Positions 22,640 through 32,729 of a stretch of 38,058 nucleotides of DNA are shown one piece after another. The stretch comes from Candidatus Aminicenantes bacterium (GTDB lineage Bacteria > Acidobacteriota > Aminicenantia > Aminicenantales > JAFGBC01), in the NCBI GenBank assembly GCA_022867325.1, contig JALHUR010000013.1, positions 1 through 38,058 on the forward strand, in the 5' to 3' direction. Below the pieces are notes generated by a model that worked only from the letters and a program-made list of their open reading frames with translations, did not search any database and had not been told where the DNA came from. The position numbers and the translations under genes are program-made. The number at the start of each line of letters is the position of its first letter. Positions within the stretch are counted from its first letter, which is position 1.

Positions 22640-23030
22640 ACAGATCACGTTCGCCGTCGAGGGCAGATCCGCCCGGGTCGAAAAGCCTCCGTGAACCGAT
22701 TAGGGGGGCTTCTGCGGCGGAAAGGACCCGCCGCCTAAAGCCGCTTGTCTCGAATTTTTGTTGGCCGCTCGTCCGCCGGTCGAATATTTCTCCTAAAGCT
22801 CTCTCATGCCGGATGAGGAGGCCGCGATGAACGGCCGGATGAAATAATTTCCTCTCCTATAAAGCCGACGAAATCCCCACTTCGAGCTTTTAAAAGCGAA
22901 TAGTTGATCCCGAAAAGTTGCCGATTGCGTGGGCCGCGATTGAGTGCTATAGTGCCCGAGAGTCGACTCCCTGCCTTTCCGAGGAAGGGTTCTGCCTGGT
23001 ATTGAGCTCGACATGAATAAGGAGGCAGCC

Positions 23031-24599
23031 TTGAACAAAAAGTCATCCCGGCGTTTACTTGCCGTCATCATCCTGGCCCTGATTTTTACCGTTCAGATCG
23101 TCGCCCAGGAAAAGGTCGATCTTCAAATCGTCCAACGCATCCGCAAAGAGGGGCTGGAAAATTCCAAGGTCATGGACTACTTGAGCTATCTCAGCGACGT
23201 CTGCGGCCCCCGCCTGTCGGAGTCTCCCCAATACCGCAAAGCGGGGGAGTGGGTGGTGGGCAAGCTCAAGGAACTCGGCCTGGCCAACGCGCAAATGGAG
23301 CCGTGGGGAACCTTCGGCCGCGGCTGGGAAATGCAGAAGATCTACGCCGCGATGACCGCTCCCCAGTACATGCCTTTGATCGCCTATCCCAAGGCGTGGA
23401 CCCCCGGCACCAATGGAATCGTCAAGGGCAATCCGGTCCTGATCGAAGTCACTAAGGCCGCCGACTTCGATAAATACAAGGGCAAGCTCAAGGGAGCCAT
23501 CGTCCTGACCCAGGCCGAAAAACCGCTCGAGATCTCCTTCGAACCGATGGCCGAACGACTGTCGGAGGATGGGCTGAAGAAGCTCGTCATTGCCCCCGAA
23601 CCGGGCGCCAGGCCGCCCTTCGGGCCAACGATGCAGGAGATGATGGCCCGTCAACAGTTGCAGGCGGCGATTAATAAATTCTTAAAGGACGAAGGAGCCG
23701 CCGTCCTGCTCGAGCCCAGCCGGGGAAAATACGGGACGGTCTTCGTCCAGGGCGGCGGATCCCAGATGAAGGGCGCCACCGAGCCTCCGCCCTCGGTCGT
23801 CGTCTCGGTCGAACAGTACAATCGGATCGTCCGCATCCTGAAGCTGAAAGTCCCGGTCGAGATCGAGGTCGAAGTCCAGGCCCGTTTCCTGGACGACGAT
23901 CCCCAGGGAACGAACGTCATCGCCGAAATCCCGGGCGTCGATAAGAAGCTGAAGGGGGAGGTCGTCATGCTGGGCGGACATTTCGATACCTGGCATGCGG
24001 GCACCGGGGCCACGGACGACGGTGCCGGCTGCGCCGTGGCCATGGAGGCGGTCAGGATCTTGAAGGCCCTGGGCGTCCGGCCCCGCCGCACCATCCGAGT
24101 GGCCATGTGGGACGCCGAGGAGCAAGGATTAATCGGCTCGCGGGAGTACGTCAAGAATCATTTCTTCGATCGGGTCAAGAAAGAGAAAAAGCCGGAATAC
24201 GACAGGCTGTCGGCCTATTTCAACTTCGACAACGGCAGCGGGAAGATCCGCGGCGTCCACGCCCAAGGCAACCTCGCGGCCGCCCCCATCCTTGAGGAAT
24301 GGCTGAAGCCTTTCCATGATCTCGGGGCGCAAACCGTGACGCTTCGCAACACGGGCGGCACCGACCACCTGTCCTTCGACGGGGTCGGCTTGCCGGGGTT
24401 CCAGTTCATTCAGGATGAATTGGAATACGACACTCTCACCCATCACTCGAACATGGACGTTTACGACCATATCTCGAAAGGGGACTTGATCCAGGCGGCG
24501 ACGATCATGGCCTCGTTCGTCTACAATGCGGCCATGCGGGACGCGAAGCTGCCCAGGAAATATTTCGACCCCAACGCCCCGCCGCGGGGCATGTTTTAG
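23031..24599 (+). CDS. M28 family peptidase (carboxypeptidase Q-like, PA insert)
   Basis: GPRL, GGHFDTW, GATDDGAG, AEEQGLIGS, NFDNG, GGTDH, HHSNMD. AAGGAGG precedes TTG at 23031 (ATG 23013 is an alternative start). Confidence 0.92.
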   Translation: MNKKSSRRLLAVIILALIFTVQIVAQEKVDLQIVQRIRKEGLENSKVMDYLSYLSDVCGPRLSESPQYRKAGEWVVGKLKELGLANAQMEPWGTFGRGWEMQKIYAAMTAPQYMPLIAYPKAWTPGTNGIVKGNPVLIEVTKAADFDKYKGKLKGAIVLTQAEKPLEISFEPMAERLSEDGLKKLVIAPEPGARPPFGPTMQEMMARQQLQAAINKFLKDEGAAVLLEPSRGKYGTVFVQGGGSQMKGATEPPPSVVVSVEQYNRIVRILKLKVPVEIEVEVQARFLDDDPQGTNVIAEIPGVDKKLKGEVVMLGGHFDTWHAGTGATDDGAGCAVAMEAVRILKALGVRPRRTIRVAMWDAEEQGLIGSREYVKNHFFDRVKKEKKPEYDRLSAYFNFDNGSGKIRGVHAQGNLAAAPILEEWLKPFHDLGAQTVTLRNTGGTDHLSFDGVGLPGFQFIQDELEYDTLTHHSNMDVYDHISKGDLIQAATIMASFVYNAAMRDAKLPRKYFDPNAPPRGMF

Positions 24600-24622
24600 G
24601 CCGACGCTCCGGGACCGCGGCC

Positions 24623-25513
24623 TCAGCGCAACAGCCCGAGCTTTTCGATGAGCCCGCGCAGCTCGGTCTTGCCTTTATCGGGCACATCGCCCAGCGGCAA
24701 CCGGCACGGCCCGCCGTGGAATCCCTGGAGGTCGAGGCAGTACTTGAGGCCCGGGATGCCGTACGTCTCCATCACGGCCCGGTTGAGGGGGATGAGGGCC
24801 TTCTGTATCTCGAAGGCCTGTTCCAGCTTCTTCTCCAGAAACAGGGTGTAGACTTCGGCGCAGAGACCCGGCGCCGCGTTGGCGACGGCCAGGATGGCGC
24901 CGCTCGCGCCCAAGGCCAGGCCCGGCAGGAAGACGTAGCCCGAGCCGAGGAGATAGCTGAAGTCGGATTTGACCTTGAGCAGGACCTCGGCGATCATGGC
25001 CAGGTTGCCGCCGCTCTCCTTGATCGCGACGATCTTGGGGTGGGCGGCCAGCTCGACGACGAGGGCCGTCTCGAGATTGATGCCCGTGTTCGGGGGGACG
25101 TTGTAGATGATGACCGGGACGCGGCTCTGATCGGCCACGGTCAGATAGTGGCGGCGGAGCGCCTCGCGATCCATCTTGGCCTTGTAGTAGGCGGGCGGCC
25201 GGACCAGGACGGCGTCGATACCGAGGCCGGCCAGGCGGTTGCCGAATTCGATCGTCTGCCGGGTCGATTCCCGGGCCGTGCCGGCGATGACCTTCATCCC
25301 GGCCGCGGCCGACTCGCGGGCCGTCCGGACCAAACGCTCCGATTCGCCGTCGTCGAGGTGGACGCATTCGCCGGTCGAACCCAGGACGACGAACCCGGAC
25401 AGGCCGTACTTGTTGTACATATGGATGTTGTCCCGGAATCGGTCGAAGGCCACGGCGTCCCCGGAGAAGGGCGTCGTCAGGGCCGGGAAGATGCCGAAGA
25501 GCGGGGTTTTCAT
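24623..25513 (-). CDS. DapA/NAL family aldolase (4-hydroxy-2-oxoglutarate aldolase-like)
   Basis: GIFPALTTPF, GSTGE, IIYNVP, Schiff-base lysine in IKESGG. AGGAGG before ATG 25513. Confidence 0.88.
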   Translation of the reverse strand: MKTPLFGIFPALTTPFSGDAVAFDRFRDNIHMYNKYGLSGFVVLGSTGECVHLDDGESERLVRTARESAAAGMKVIAGTARESTRQTIEFGNRLAGLGIDAVLVRPPAYYKAKMDREALRRHYLTVADQSRVPVIIYNVPPNTGINLETALVVELAAHPKIVAIKESGGNLAMIAEVLLKVKSDFSYLLGSGYVFLPGLALGASGAILAVANAAPGLCAEVYTLFLEKKLEQAFEIQKALIPLNRAVMETYGIPGLKYCLDLQGFHGGPCRLPLGDVPDKGKTELRGLIEKLGLLR

Positions 25514-25542
25514 GTCGGGTATCCTCCTGGATTTTATCCGCG

Positions 25543-25920
25543 TCACCAGTCGTCGTCGCCTTCGATCTTCCGGAGCTCCCGGTCGCTCATGCCGAAGAAG
25601 TGGCCGACCTCGTGGAGGACGACCTCGCGGACCTTGGCCTTGATCGCCTCGTCGGTCCGGCAGAACTCCTCGATCGGCTCCTGATAGATGACGATGACGT
25701 CGGGCGGTATATTGCCGTAGTAGGGGCCTCGGTGGTGAAGGGGGACGCCGTGGTAGAGACCGAGAAGGGTCCGGCCGGGAGAGGCGCCCATGTCCCGCAG
25801 GGTCCGCGGCGAAGGCCGGGCTTCGACCATGACCGCGATGTTCTCGAGATGCTTCTTGAACTTGGGAGGGAGGTGGACCAGGGCCTCCTCAACGAGCTTC
25901 TCGAACTTCGCTCTGTCCAT
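25543..25920 (-). CDS. Zincin-like metallopeptidase family protein (DUF1025-type)
   Basis: LLGLYHGVPL, PDVIVIYQEPI, VVLHEVGHFFG (HExxH). Confidence 0.9.
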   Translation of the reverse strand: MDRAKFEKLVEEALVHLPPKFKKHLENIAVMVEARPSPRTLRDMGASPGRTLLGLYHGVPLHHRGPYYGNIPPDVIVIYQEPIEEFCRTDEAIKAKVREVVLHEVGHFFGMSDRELRKIEGDDDW

Positions 25921-25940
25921 GGCTCAGTCCCGTCGCATCG

Positions 25941-26480
25941 TCATTTCTCGATGCCTATCCGGGCGCGGACGCCTTTGTCCGAGTAGTGCTTGCGTTCCTT
26001 CATCTCGGTCACCAGGTCGGCCCGGCGCAGGATGGAGGGCCGGGCTGATCGGCCGGTCAGGACGACCTCGACATCGGCGGGTCTCCGGTCGAGGAAAGCG
26101 AGGACGTCCTTTTCCGGGATGAGGTCCAAGTCGACCGCGACGTTGACCTCGTCGAGGACGACGATCCGGTAGCGGCCGGAGAGCATGGCCTTGAGGCAGC
26201 GCGCCAGGCCGCGCCCGGCCCTGTCGATATCCTCGCGGTCGGGGTCTCCGTCAAGCCGGACGAATCCCCGGCGCCCGAACCGCTCGATCGCGATAAGAGG
26301 CGATAGACGACGGGCCGCCTTGAGCTCGCCCGTCGGCCGGCCCTTCAGGAACTGGCCGATATAGGTCGCGAAGCCGTGGCCGGCGGCGCGGAGGGCGAGG
26401 CCGAGCGCGGCCGTCGTCTTGCCCTTGCCGTCGCCGGTGTAGACCTGGACGCGGCCTTGGAACGACGAAGGAGCGGACAT
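25941..26480 (-). CDS. cobO: Cob(I)yrinic acid a,c-diamide adenosyltransferase (CobA/CobO/BtuR)
   Basis: VQVYTGDGKGKTTAALGLALRAAGHG, QFLKG, VVLDE, EVVLTGR, ADLVTEM. Confidence 0.92.
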   Translation of the reverse strand: MSAPSSFQGRVQVYTGDGKGKTTAALGLALRAAGHGFATYIGQFLKGRPTGELKAARRLSPLIAIERFGRRGFVRLDGDPDREDIDRAGRGLARCLKAMLSGRYRIVVLDEVNVAVDLDLIPEKDVLAFLDRRPADVEVVLTGRSARPSILRRADLVTEMKERKHYSDKGVRARIGIEK

Positions 26481-26542
26481 AGTGAAATTTTAACATAAAA
26501 AACGGTGACGCCGCTGCCGTTTCCTTATGATATAATTTCGGC

Positions 26543-27814
26543 ATGCTGGATCCCAAATTCGTCCTGGAGAACAAGGACCTCGTCCTGGCCAAGACCGTCT
26601 CGCGCGGCCTCGCCATCAACCTCGACGAATTCGTCCGCCTGTCCGAGGTCAAGAAGGACACCCTGCGCAAGGCCGAGGAACTCCGGGCCAAGCGCAACTC
26701 GGCCTCCGAACAGGTCGCCAAGCTCAAACGCGAGAAAAATGACGCCTCGGCCATCATCGCCGAGATGAAGGGCGTCGGGGACGAGATCAAGGCCCTCGAT
26801 GACGATCTCCGCCGCCTCGAGGACGAGATCCGGCTGACCCTCCTCAACATTCCCAACCCGCCCCACGACTCGGTCCCGGTCGGCAAGGACGCTTCCGGGA
26901 ACGTCGAGGTCCGGCGCGCCGGCGAGCCGCCCCGCTTCGACTTCAAGCCGCTCGCCCATTGGGATATCGGTGCGAACTTGGGGATCCTCGACTTCGAGCG
27001 GGCCGCCAAGATCGCCGGCTCCCGTTTCGCCGTCTATCTCGGCCCGGGCGCGCGTCTCGAGCGGGCCCTGATCAATTTCATGCTCGACATCCACACCCGG
27101 GAACGGGGTTTCCTGGAAGTCCTGCCCCCGTTCATCGCCAACGCCGAGAGCTTGACCGGGACGGGCAATCTCCCCAAATTCGCCGCGGACCTTTTCAAGA
27201 TCGAGGGTGTTCCTTGGTATCTCGTCCCGACGGCCGAAGTGCCGCTCACGAATTATCACAGGGACGAGATCCTCGATGGCGCCATCCTGCCGCGGCGCCT
27301 GGCGGCCTATACGCCCTGTTTCCGGAGCGAGGCCGGGTCCTACGGCAAGGACATCCGCGGCCTCATCCGCCAGCATCAGTTCAACAAGGTCGAAATGATG
27401 ACCTTCAGCCTCCCCGAGGCGTCCTTCGACGAGCTCGAGTGGATGACAACCGGCGCCGAGGAGGTCCTGCGGCGTCTCGGGCTGGCCTACCGGGTCGTCC
27501 TCCTCTGCGCGGGCGACATGGGCTTCGCGAGCATGAAAACCTACGACCTCGAGGTCTGGATGCCGTCCCGGGACGGCTACCTGGAGATATCCTCCTGCTC
27601 GAACTGCGGCGACTTCCAAGCCCGGCGGGCCAACATCCGCTTCCGCCGCGAGCCCAAGGCCAAGCCTGAATTCGTCCATACCCTGAACGGATCGGGGCTG
27701 GCCGTGGGCCGGACGGTGAGCGCCATCCTCGAGAACTTCCAACGGCCCGACGGCTCGGTCGTTATTCCCGAGGCGCTCCGCCCCTACATGGATGGCCTGG
27801 AGCGGATCTCCTGA
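26543..27814 (+). CDS. serS: Serine--tRNA ligase
   Basis: N-terminal coiled coil, [60 protein letters not shown]. Confidence 0.98.
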   Translation: MLDPKFVLENKDLVLAKTVSRGLAINLDEFVRLSEVKKDTLRKAEELRAKRNSASEQVAKLKREKNDASAIIAEMKGVGDEIKALDDDLRRLEDEIRLTLLNIPNPPHDSVPVGKDASGNVEVRRAGEPPRFDFKPLAHWDIGANLGILDFERAAKIAGSRFAVYLGPGARLERALINFMLDIHTRERGFLEVLPPFIANAESLTGTGNLPKFAADLFKIEGVPWYLVPTAEVPLTNYHRDEILDGAILPRRLAAYTPCFRSEAGSYGKDIRGLIRQHQFNKVEMMTFSLPEASFDELEWMTTGAEEVLRRLGLAYRVVLLCAGDMGFASMKTYDLEVWMPSRDGYLEISSCSNCGDFQARRANIRFRREPKAKPEFVHTLNGSGLAVGRTVSAILENFQRPDGSVVIPEALRPYMDGLERIS

Positions 27815-27957
27815 AAATTCGGCGGCGCCTCATCAATGAGGCGGGCCCGACGTTAAGGACATCGTCGAGAAGTATCTGGGCTGCGGCAACCCGCGCGAGA
27901 TGGTTTTTGCGCCCCAAGATGCTTTCCGGGCGTCGATTCACGCGATTTTCGTGGTGA

Positions 27958-27987
27958 TTGACATCGCCGCGCGGCCGGCGATATATT
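27958..27987 (+). promoter_or_regulatory. Sigma70-type promoter facing into the island
   Basis: TTGACA-18 nt-TATATT. Confidence 0.5.
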
Positions 27988-28203
27988 ACCGACATGGTTA
28001 GGAGGGGAGATTTAGTACGCGGAGCGAAAATCCGCCGCCCCGCGGAAAAAGCAAATTCTTAAACATCCCCATGACGTGAACTCATTTATTACCGGGAGCG
28101 ATAAATTGATTGCATGTTAGATTCTCAACAACCCAGAGTGGATCGGCATAATGCAGCAATCTATTTGATGCTTCCCTTAATAAGTCACTGCCGGGAGGTT
28201 TTC

Positions 28204-29511
28204 ATGAAAAAGATTTTTGTGATTTGTTGGTGTGTCATCAGTCTGTCAGCCATAGCAAGCGCTCAAACTCTGGTCACCAGGAGCGTTGTGAGCGATCAGA
28301 AGGGGAAAGACTATGCGCCAAATATCGTGCCGACGAGCGACGGCCAGTGGGCCGTCTTTTGGGCCCGGGACAAAGGTAGTGAAAACGTGATGATCCGAGG
28401 CCGAGGACTGCAGTCAGATGGGACGATCCTTACCGGCATTAGAAACCTGATCGGAGCGACACTCTATCGCCAGACGACTTTTGGAGGAGCGTCTCTCGGC
28501 AAGGGGCAGATCGTGGTGGGAGGGACACGTGAATCCGATCGCCAAATCGTGACGCGCGTCTATGACTCGAAATTGATAGCCAAGGCCAATCTTGTCGCTA
28601 CTGGGCAGACAGGGTTTAACACGACGTTTGCGCCATGCGCTTCGGGTGTGCTTTTGGCCTGGACAGACGCCATCGGCGCCCACATTGCTCCGCTCGACCC
28701 GTTCGCCGACGCTAAGCCCCGCCTTTCAAGGCGGGGACGAGAAGCGACACTTTTGTACTCAGCCCCTTGAGAGGAGATGGGGCTGAGTGGGCTCAGGGTT
28801 AACCCCGAACAAGCCCCGGCATTCATGCTGGGGGGTCGAGGGGTTGACTCGACGGGCCGATTCACCTCTTCCCCCCTTGAGCTGCCGACAGCCTCAAAGG
28901 CGCATTTTCTTCAACCAACCCGCATCGCCGCGACTCCCAATGGATACCTGGTCGTGGGCCTTGAGACGTACGCTGACTACAGTTTGAGACGTACGAGCGG
29001 CAATCTTGTAACCACCGATTTATCGAAGGCTAGCAAGGCCATCATCTACGAATCATCATTCAGCGAGCACGCCTTTGCAGCCGATGCCGCATGGGAGGGG
29101 AAGACCGGTTACACGCTGTTCGGACGGCGCGTCAACGACTCAAAAACCAGCGGTTATTTTCGAAAAATTAACGCCGCCGGAAAGCCGGCCGCGGCAGCGA
29201 AAAAGTTTCCGCCCAACAAAGCTCCTAACACCTGTAACTACCGAATCATCCCCCTCACGGGCACCGGCTGGTTTGCCACAACATGGTATGACTACAGCCA
29301 GGAGCTCATGTATCTGCAAATACTGTCCTCAAAGGGAACCTTCATGGGCAGCCCCGTCCCCATTTCGGAAAATGCCTATCGCATCCTGGACGACGTCGTC
29401 GACATGGCGTGGGACGCGGCATCGCAGAGGATCCTTGTCGCATACGCCGAGTACGCGGCAGCGCCGTCAACACCTGAGGACATTTGGGTCGCGATCTTCA
29501 GCCTGGAATAA
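28204..29511 (+). pseudogene. Secreted beta-rich hypothetical protein interrupted in frame by a 150-nt element
   Basis: ORFs 28114-28770 and 28777-29511 share one frame. Removing 28699-28848 gives ...HIAPLD|STGRF..., a continuous 385-aa ORF with a signal peptide (MKKIFVICWCVISLSAIASA). GGAGG RBS. Confidence 0.8.
28699..28848 (+). mobile_element. Multi-hairpin element copy 2 (108 nt plus a 42-nt extra hairpin)
   Basis: Same sequence as 13934-14041 with 6 substitutions. Preceded by TCGAC, ends in TTGAC. The extra segment 28748-28789 contains the stem ACTCAGCCCC/GGGGCTGAGT. Confidence 0.88.
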
Positions 29512-29639
29512 TCTCGGTGCCGCGGGCCGCCCAAAGAGGACAATATCACGTTGGCGGAACATACTGAAAGAACGGCCTTGACAACGCTTAAGAAATGGAT
29601 TTTTCTATTATGTAGAATTCGTTGGGAGGAGGTCCCGAC

Positions 29640-31385
29640 ATGAAAAGCCTCTTCGTCTCGCTTTTGCTGCTTCTGGTCAGTAATCCGGTCGCGGCGGCGG
29701 ATGAGCCGTTCTTCGCGCCCGTGAAATCTAGCGGGAACATCACCGCAAAGCTGTATCCGACCGAGGTCGTGAAAACGGGGTTCTCCGTTCTGGTCAGCTT
29801 CGGGATGCCTTTTTCTCGCGGTTCGATTACGACGGCGGCGCTGCGGACCGTCCGTGTCCTGATAAACGGCACGGAGATACCGGCCTATGTCGACCAGCTG
29901 ACGCCGTGGCGGCACGCGACGAAAAATTCAATCGATCGCAAGTCCGTGCGCGTCGCTCGCATCCAATTCAGCTACACCTTCTCGGCGGCCTATCCCGCCT
30001 TCGAGAGCCTGACGATCGAATGGGGACTTCATGATCGCGCCAAGAACATCGCGACCCTCCGGAAGCCGCGATCGGCCTGGCACCTTGTATCGAGCGGCAC
30101 GTTCGTGGCCGCGGACCTGGTCTATGAGCCCGACGTCTACGTGGTCCTACCCACGGCCGCGCTGACGCAGGGAGTCCTCCGACCGGGCCGCATGAATCCG
30201 TTTTCCAATTCGGTCGCCTCCAAGCGAGACTCGCCGACCGCCATGTGCAATAAATGGAATTGGCCCGGATACCAAGAGCTGGAGCACGCGGCGAAGAACA
30301 ACTTCTATGCGATCATCAACGAGGATGACCCGCATGTGACGAAGGAGAACCTCTGCGATTACAAGAACGCGTTGTCGGACACGAACGGCGAGCCGTGGCT
30401 CTATGATCGCTCGTCGGCGATGTTCGGACTCTATTTCCGGAGCGGGTTCTTCAGGGCCCTGCGGGAGGCCGTGCGGAGCGCGGAGTATTACCGAAACCAT
30501 CTTTCTCGTGCCGGGTTCTTCACGCTCAAGGATTACGATGATCCCAAGTACAGCTACAGTGAATGTCTCGCCTACCTATGCTGGACGACCGGCGATCAGC
30601 AATCGCTCGCGGGTACTTCGGCGGTTGTGTCGGCCTTCAAGGACGTCACGGCCAGATGGAACTCCAGCCTCAACTTCTGGACCGAGCGCCATGCCGGATT
30701 CAAGTTGCTGGCGAACGTCGTCGCCTACGAAGTCTATGGGACATCCGGCTATCGCGACGCCGTGTTGTCCGAAGCCAAGGACTTCATCTGGCATCAGAAC
30801 GGGGCCGGAGGATTGATCCCCGCGAATCACGTCGACGGCGGGCTCTACCACCTCGGCTCTCAGCACGATTGGGATTGGGACCAGGATTCCTACGGCGCCT
30901 CGCCCTGGATGACCGTGCTGCTCCTGGATGCCATGGTGCGCGCTTATGCGGTCACTGAAGATCCGCTGATCGCGAAATTCATCCAGCGAGTCGGCGCCTT
31001 CGAGAAGGCGGCGATGAACGTCACGAAGAATCATCTTTACGAATACGGTCCGTACGAAAACCAGGCTCTGGCCGTCCCGGTCTATGCGTTGCTTGCCGAC
31101 GGCACTTTCGGAGCCACCAGCTGGGAAGACTCCGAGCACGCGCTCGACGTCGCCTCGGCCCTTGCCTGGGCCTCCTATTTCGCAAATCTTCTCGGTTCGC
31201 CCGACCCCACCCTCCGGCAGGCCGCCGTTTCCTACTACAAAACTTATCAAATCGGCGTGAACTACTGGATCCGTCCCGACTCCCCGGTCCAGTACGGCAA
31301 GACGGCCTTTCGCGTCTCACCGTGGCGAAAGTACGGGTGGGAGCACCGCGTGAGCGCGAGCTTTTCCTGGATCATTAGCCCTTAG
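29640..31385 (+). CDS. Secreted hypothetical protein, possibly YetA/PcRGLX-like carbohydrate-active (beta domain plus alpha/alpha toroid)
   Basis: GGAGGAGG RBS and signal peptide. N-terminal VSFGMPFSRG...GTEIPA....L.PW...SVR pattern, aromatic-rich helical C-terminus. The function is inference. Confidence 0.6.
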   Translation: MKSLFVSLLLLLVSNPVAAADEPFFAPVKSSGNITAKLYPTEVVKTGFSVLVSFGMPFSRGSITTAALRTVRVLINGTEIPAYVDQLTPWRHATKNSIDRKSVRVARIQFSYTFSAAYPAFESLTIEWGLHDRAKNIATLRKPRSAWHLVSSGTFVAADLVYEPDVYVVLPTAALTQGVLRPGRMNPFSNSVASKRDSPTAMCNKWNWPGYQELEHAAKNNFYAIINEDDPHVTKENLCDYKNALSDTNGEPWLYDRSSAMFGLYFRSGFFRALREAVRSAEYYRNHLSRAGFFTLKDYDDPKYSYSECLAYLCWTTGDQQSLAGTSAVVSAFKDVTARWNSSLNFWTERHAGFKLLANVVAYEVYGTSGYRDAVLSEAKDFIWHQNGAGGLIPANHVDGGLYHLGSQHDWDWDQDSYGASPWMTVLLLDAMVRAYAVTEDPLIAKFIQRVGAFEKAAMNVTKNHLYEYGPYENQALAVPVYALLADGTFGATSWEDSEHALDVASALAWASYFANLLGSPDPTLRQAAVSYYKTYQIGVNYWIRPDSPVQYGKTAFRVSPWRKYGWEHRVSASFSWIISP

Positions 31386-31407
31386 ACATTGAATATGAGG
31401 TCTGGGT

Positions 31408-32187
31408 ATGTCTGAATATCTCAAATTGCTGGCCACGCCCATGGTGTGTGTGATCGTTTTTCTTGCATCCGGCTTAGTCTTGACGCGCCGTGCGAAACAG
31501 AAGTCGTTACGGGCTGCAATCGGCTGGTATCTGGCAAGTGGGGCGCTTTTAATCCTGTTCCTGCTGAGTTTCAAGCCCGTTGCCAACATTCTGGTGAACA
31601 CGCTTGAATCGCCATATAAGCCGGTAACGCAGGCAGACCTGGAAAAAACGGATATTATCGTCATCCTGACAGGCGGGATAGCGCCGGTAGGCAGTTATCA
31701 AAGGACCGCGGAGGCAAGCGGCACGTCGTATTCCCGGATATTCAACGGAGTCGAGATGTTCAAAAAAAGTCACGCCCGGCTATTGGTTGTTGCGGGCCTG
31801 GGGCGTGAAGGAGAGGCAGTGTCGGAAGCGGCGGTCATGAAAGACCTGGCGATTAAGCTGGGCGTGGCGCCGGATATGATCATTACGGAAGAGCGATCGC
31901 ATACGACTATGGAGAGTATTATGGAACTGCGTAAGATGGGGCTGTTCGATAAGAATACCACAGTCGGGCTTGTTACGTCCGCGATCCATATGATGCGTTC
32001 GGTCTGGACGCTACAGAAGGCATTTCCTGATATTGAGATCGTTCCCCTGCCGGCCGAGTATCTGTCTGACCAGAAATTGTTTTCTTTTCATAAATTAGTC
32101 CCGTCAGGGGATGTCTTTGTGAATAGCACCAGCGTTATACATGAATGGAGCGGCCTTCTGTGGTACAAGCTTAAATTGAGGAAATAG
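31408..32187 (+). CDS. YdcF/ElyC (DUF218) family membrane protein
   Basis: Two N-terminal TM helices, IIVILTGG, SEAAVMKDLA..LGV, EERSHTTME, LVTSAIHMMRS, HEW.GLLWY. Confidence 0.9.
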   Translation: MSEYLKLLATPMVCVIVFLASGLVLTRRAKQKSLRAAIGWYLASGALLILFLLSFKPVANILVNTLESPYKPVTQADLEKTDIIVILTGGIAPVGSYQRTAEASGTSYSRIFNGVEMFKKSHARLLVVAGLGREGEAVSEAAVMKDLAIKLGVAPDMIITEERSHTTMESIMELRKMGLFDKNTTVGLVTSAIHMMRSVWTLQKAFPDIEIVPLPAEYLSDQKLFSFHKLVPSGDVFVNSTSVIHEWSGLLWYKLKLRK

Positions 32188-32391
32188 TGCAAATACAAAG
32201 ACACATATGTGAATTTCATAAAAATGGGATCACGGAATATTTTATCTATTCAACTTAGGCGCAAGTTACCAAAAATCAGGCCAATTCTGAATGACTTTCG
32301 CTTTTGCTCCGGTGTTTTAATCCTACGCCGTCATCCGGCTTACATCTGAGAAATACTCATGGAAGAATTTCTCAAGTCTTTGGAAGTGAGC

Positions 32392-32460
32392 CGAGGATTC
32401 TGCCGCTCGTGCCATGCCAGGCGGCTGGAGGAGTGGGGCGAGTGGATGCGGGAGACGCTT
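32392..32460 (+). pseudogene. IS91-family transposase zinc-binding domain fragment
   Basis: GC-rich patch within AT-rich DNA translating RGFCRSCHARRLEEWGEWMRETL, matching the (SCK.)RGFCPSC..R...W motif. Confidence 0.7.
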
Positions 32461-32591
32461 AAGCGTCACCGATTATTTTCGCCTGGCATCTGCGATAATT
32501 TCAGCTTAATCCGGTCTGAATGATTCCTGTCATCCCTGTTTAAAGCTTGAAAGAGCTGCGGCCCCTCCGGCAAGGAATTCGGGCGTCAGGC

Positions 32592-32620
32592 TTGCGGCCG
32601 ATCCCGGCGGCAAGTACAAT
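32592..32620 (+). promoter_or_regulatory. Promoter for tRNA-Ser(TGA)
   Basis: TTGCGG-17 nt-TACAAT, 8 nt before the tRNA. Confidence 0.55.
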
Positions 32621-32628
32621 AGCGCTGC

Positions 32629-32718
32629 GGAGGGATGGCCGAGTGGTTTAAGGCGGCGGTCTTGAAAACCGCTTTCCGGTCTTCCGGAACGGGGGTTCGA
32701 ATCCCTCTCCCTCCGCCA
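32629..32718 (+). tRNA. tRNA-Ser(TGA)
   Basis: GGAGGGA acceptor stem, GCGGT-CT-TGA-AA-ACCGC anticodon arm, long variable arm, GGTTCGAATCC, encoded GCCA end. Confidence 0.97.
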
Positions 32719-32729
32719 GACACCCCGGT

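Noticed and set aside
26481-26542. T-box or cobalamin riboswitch for serS/cobO
   Set aside because: The spacer is only 62 nt and holds divergent promoter-like AT boxes. There is no room or motif for either RNA.
28768-28800. In-frame TGA as a selenocysteine codon
   Set aside because: The TGA lies within an inserted repeat and in the hairpin loop, not upstream of a SECIS-like stem. The host protein has no redox motif there.
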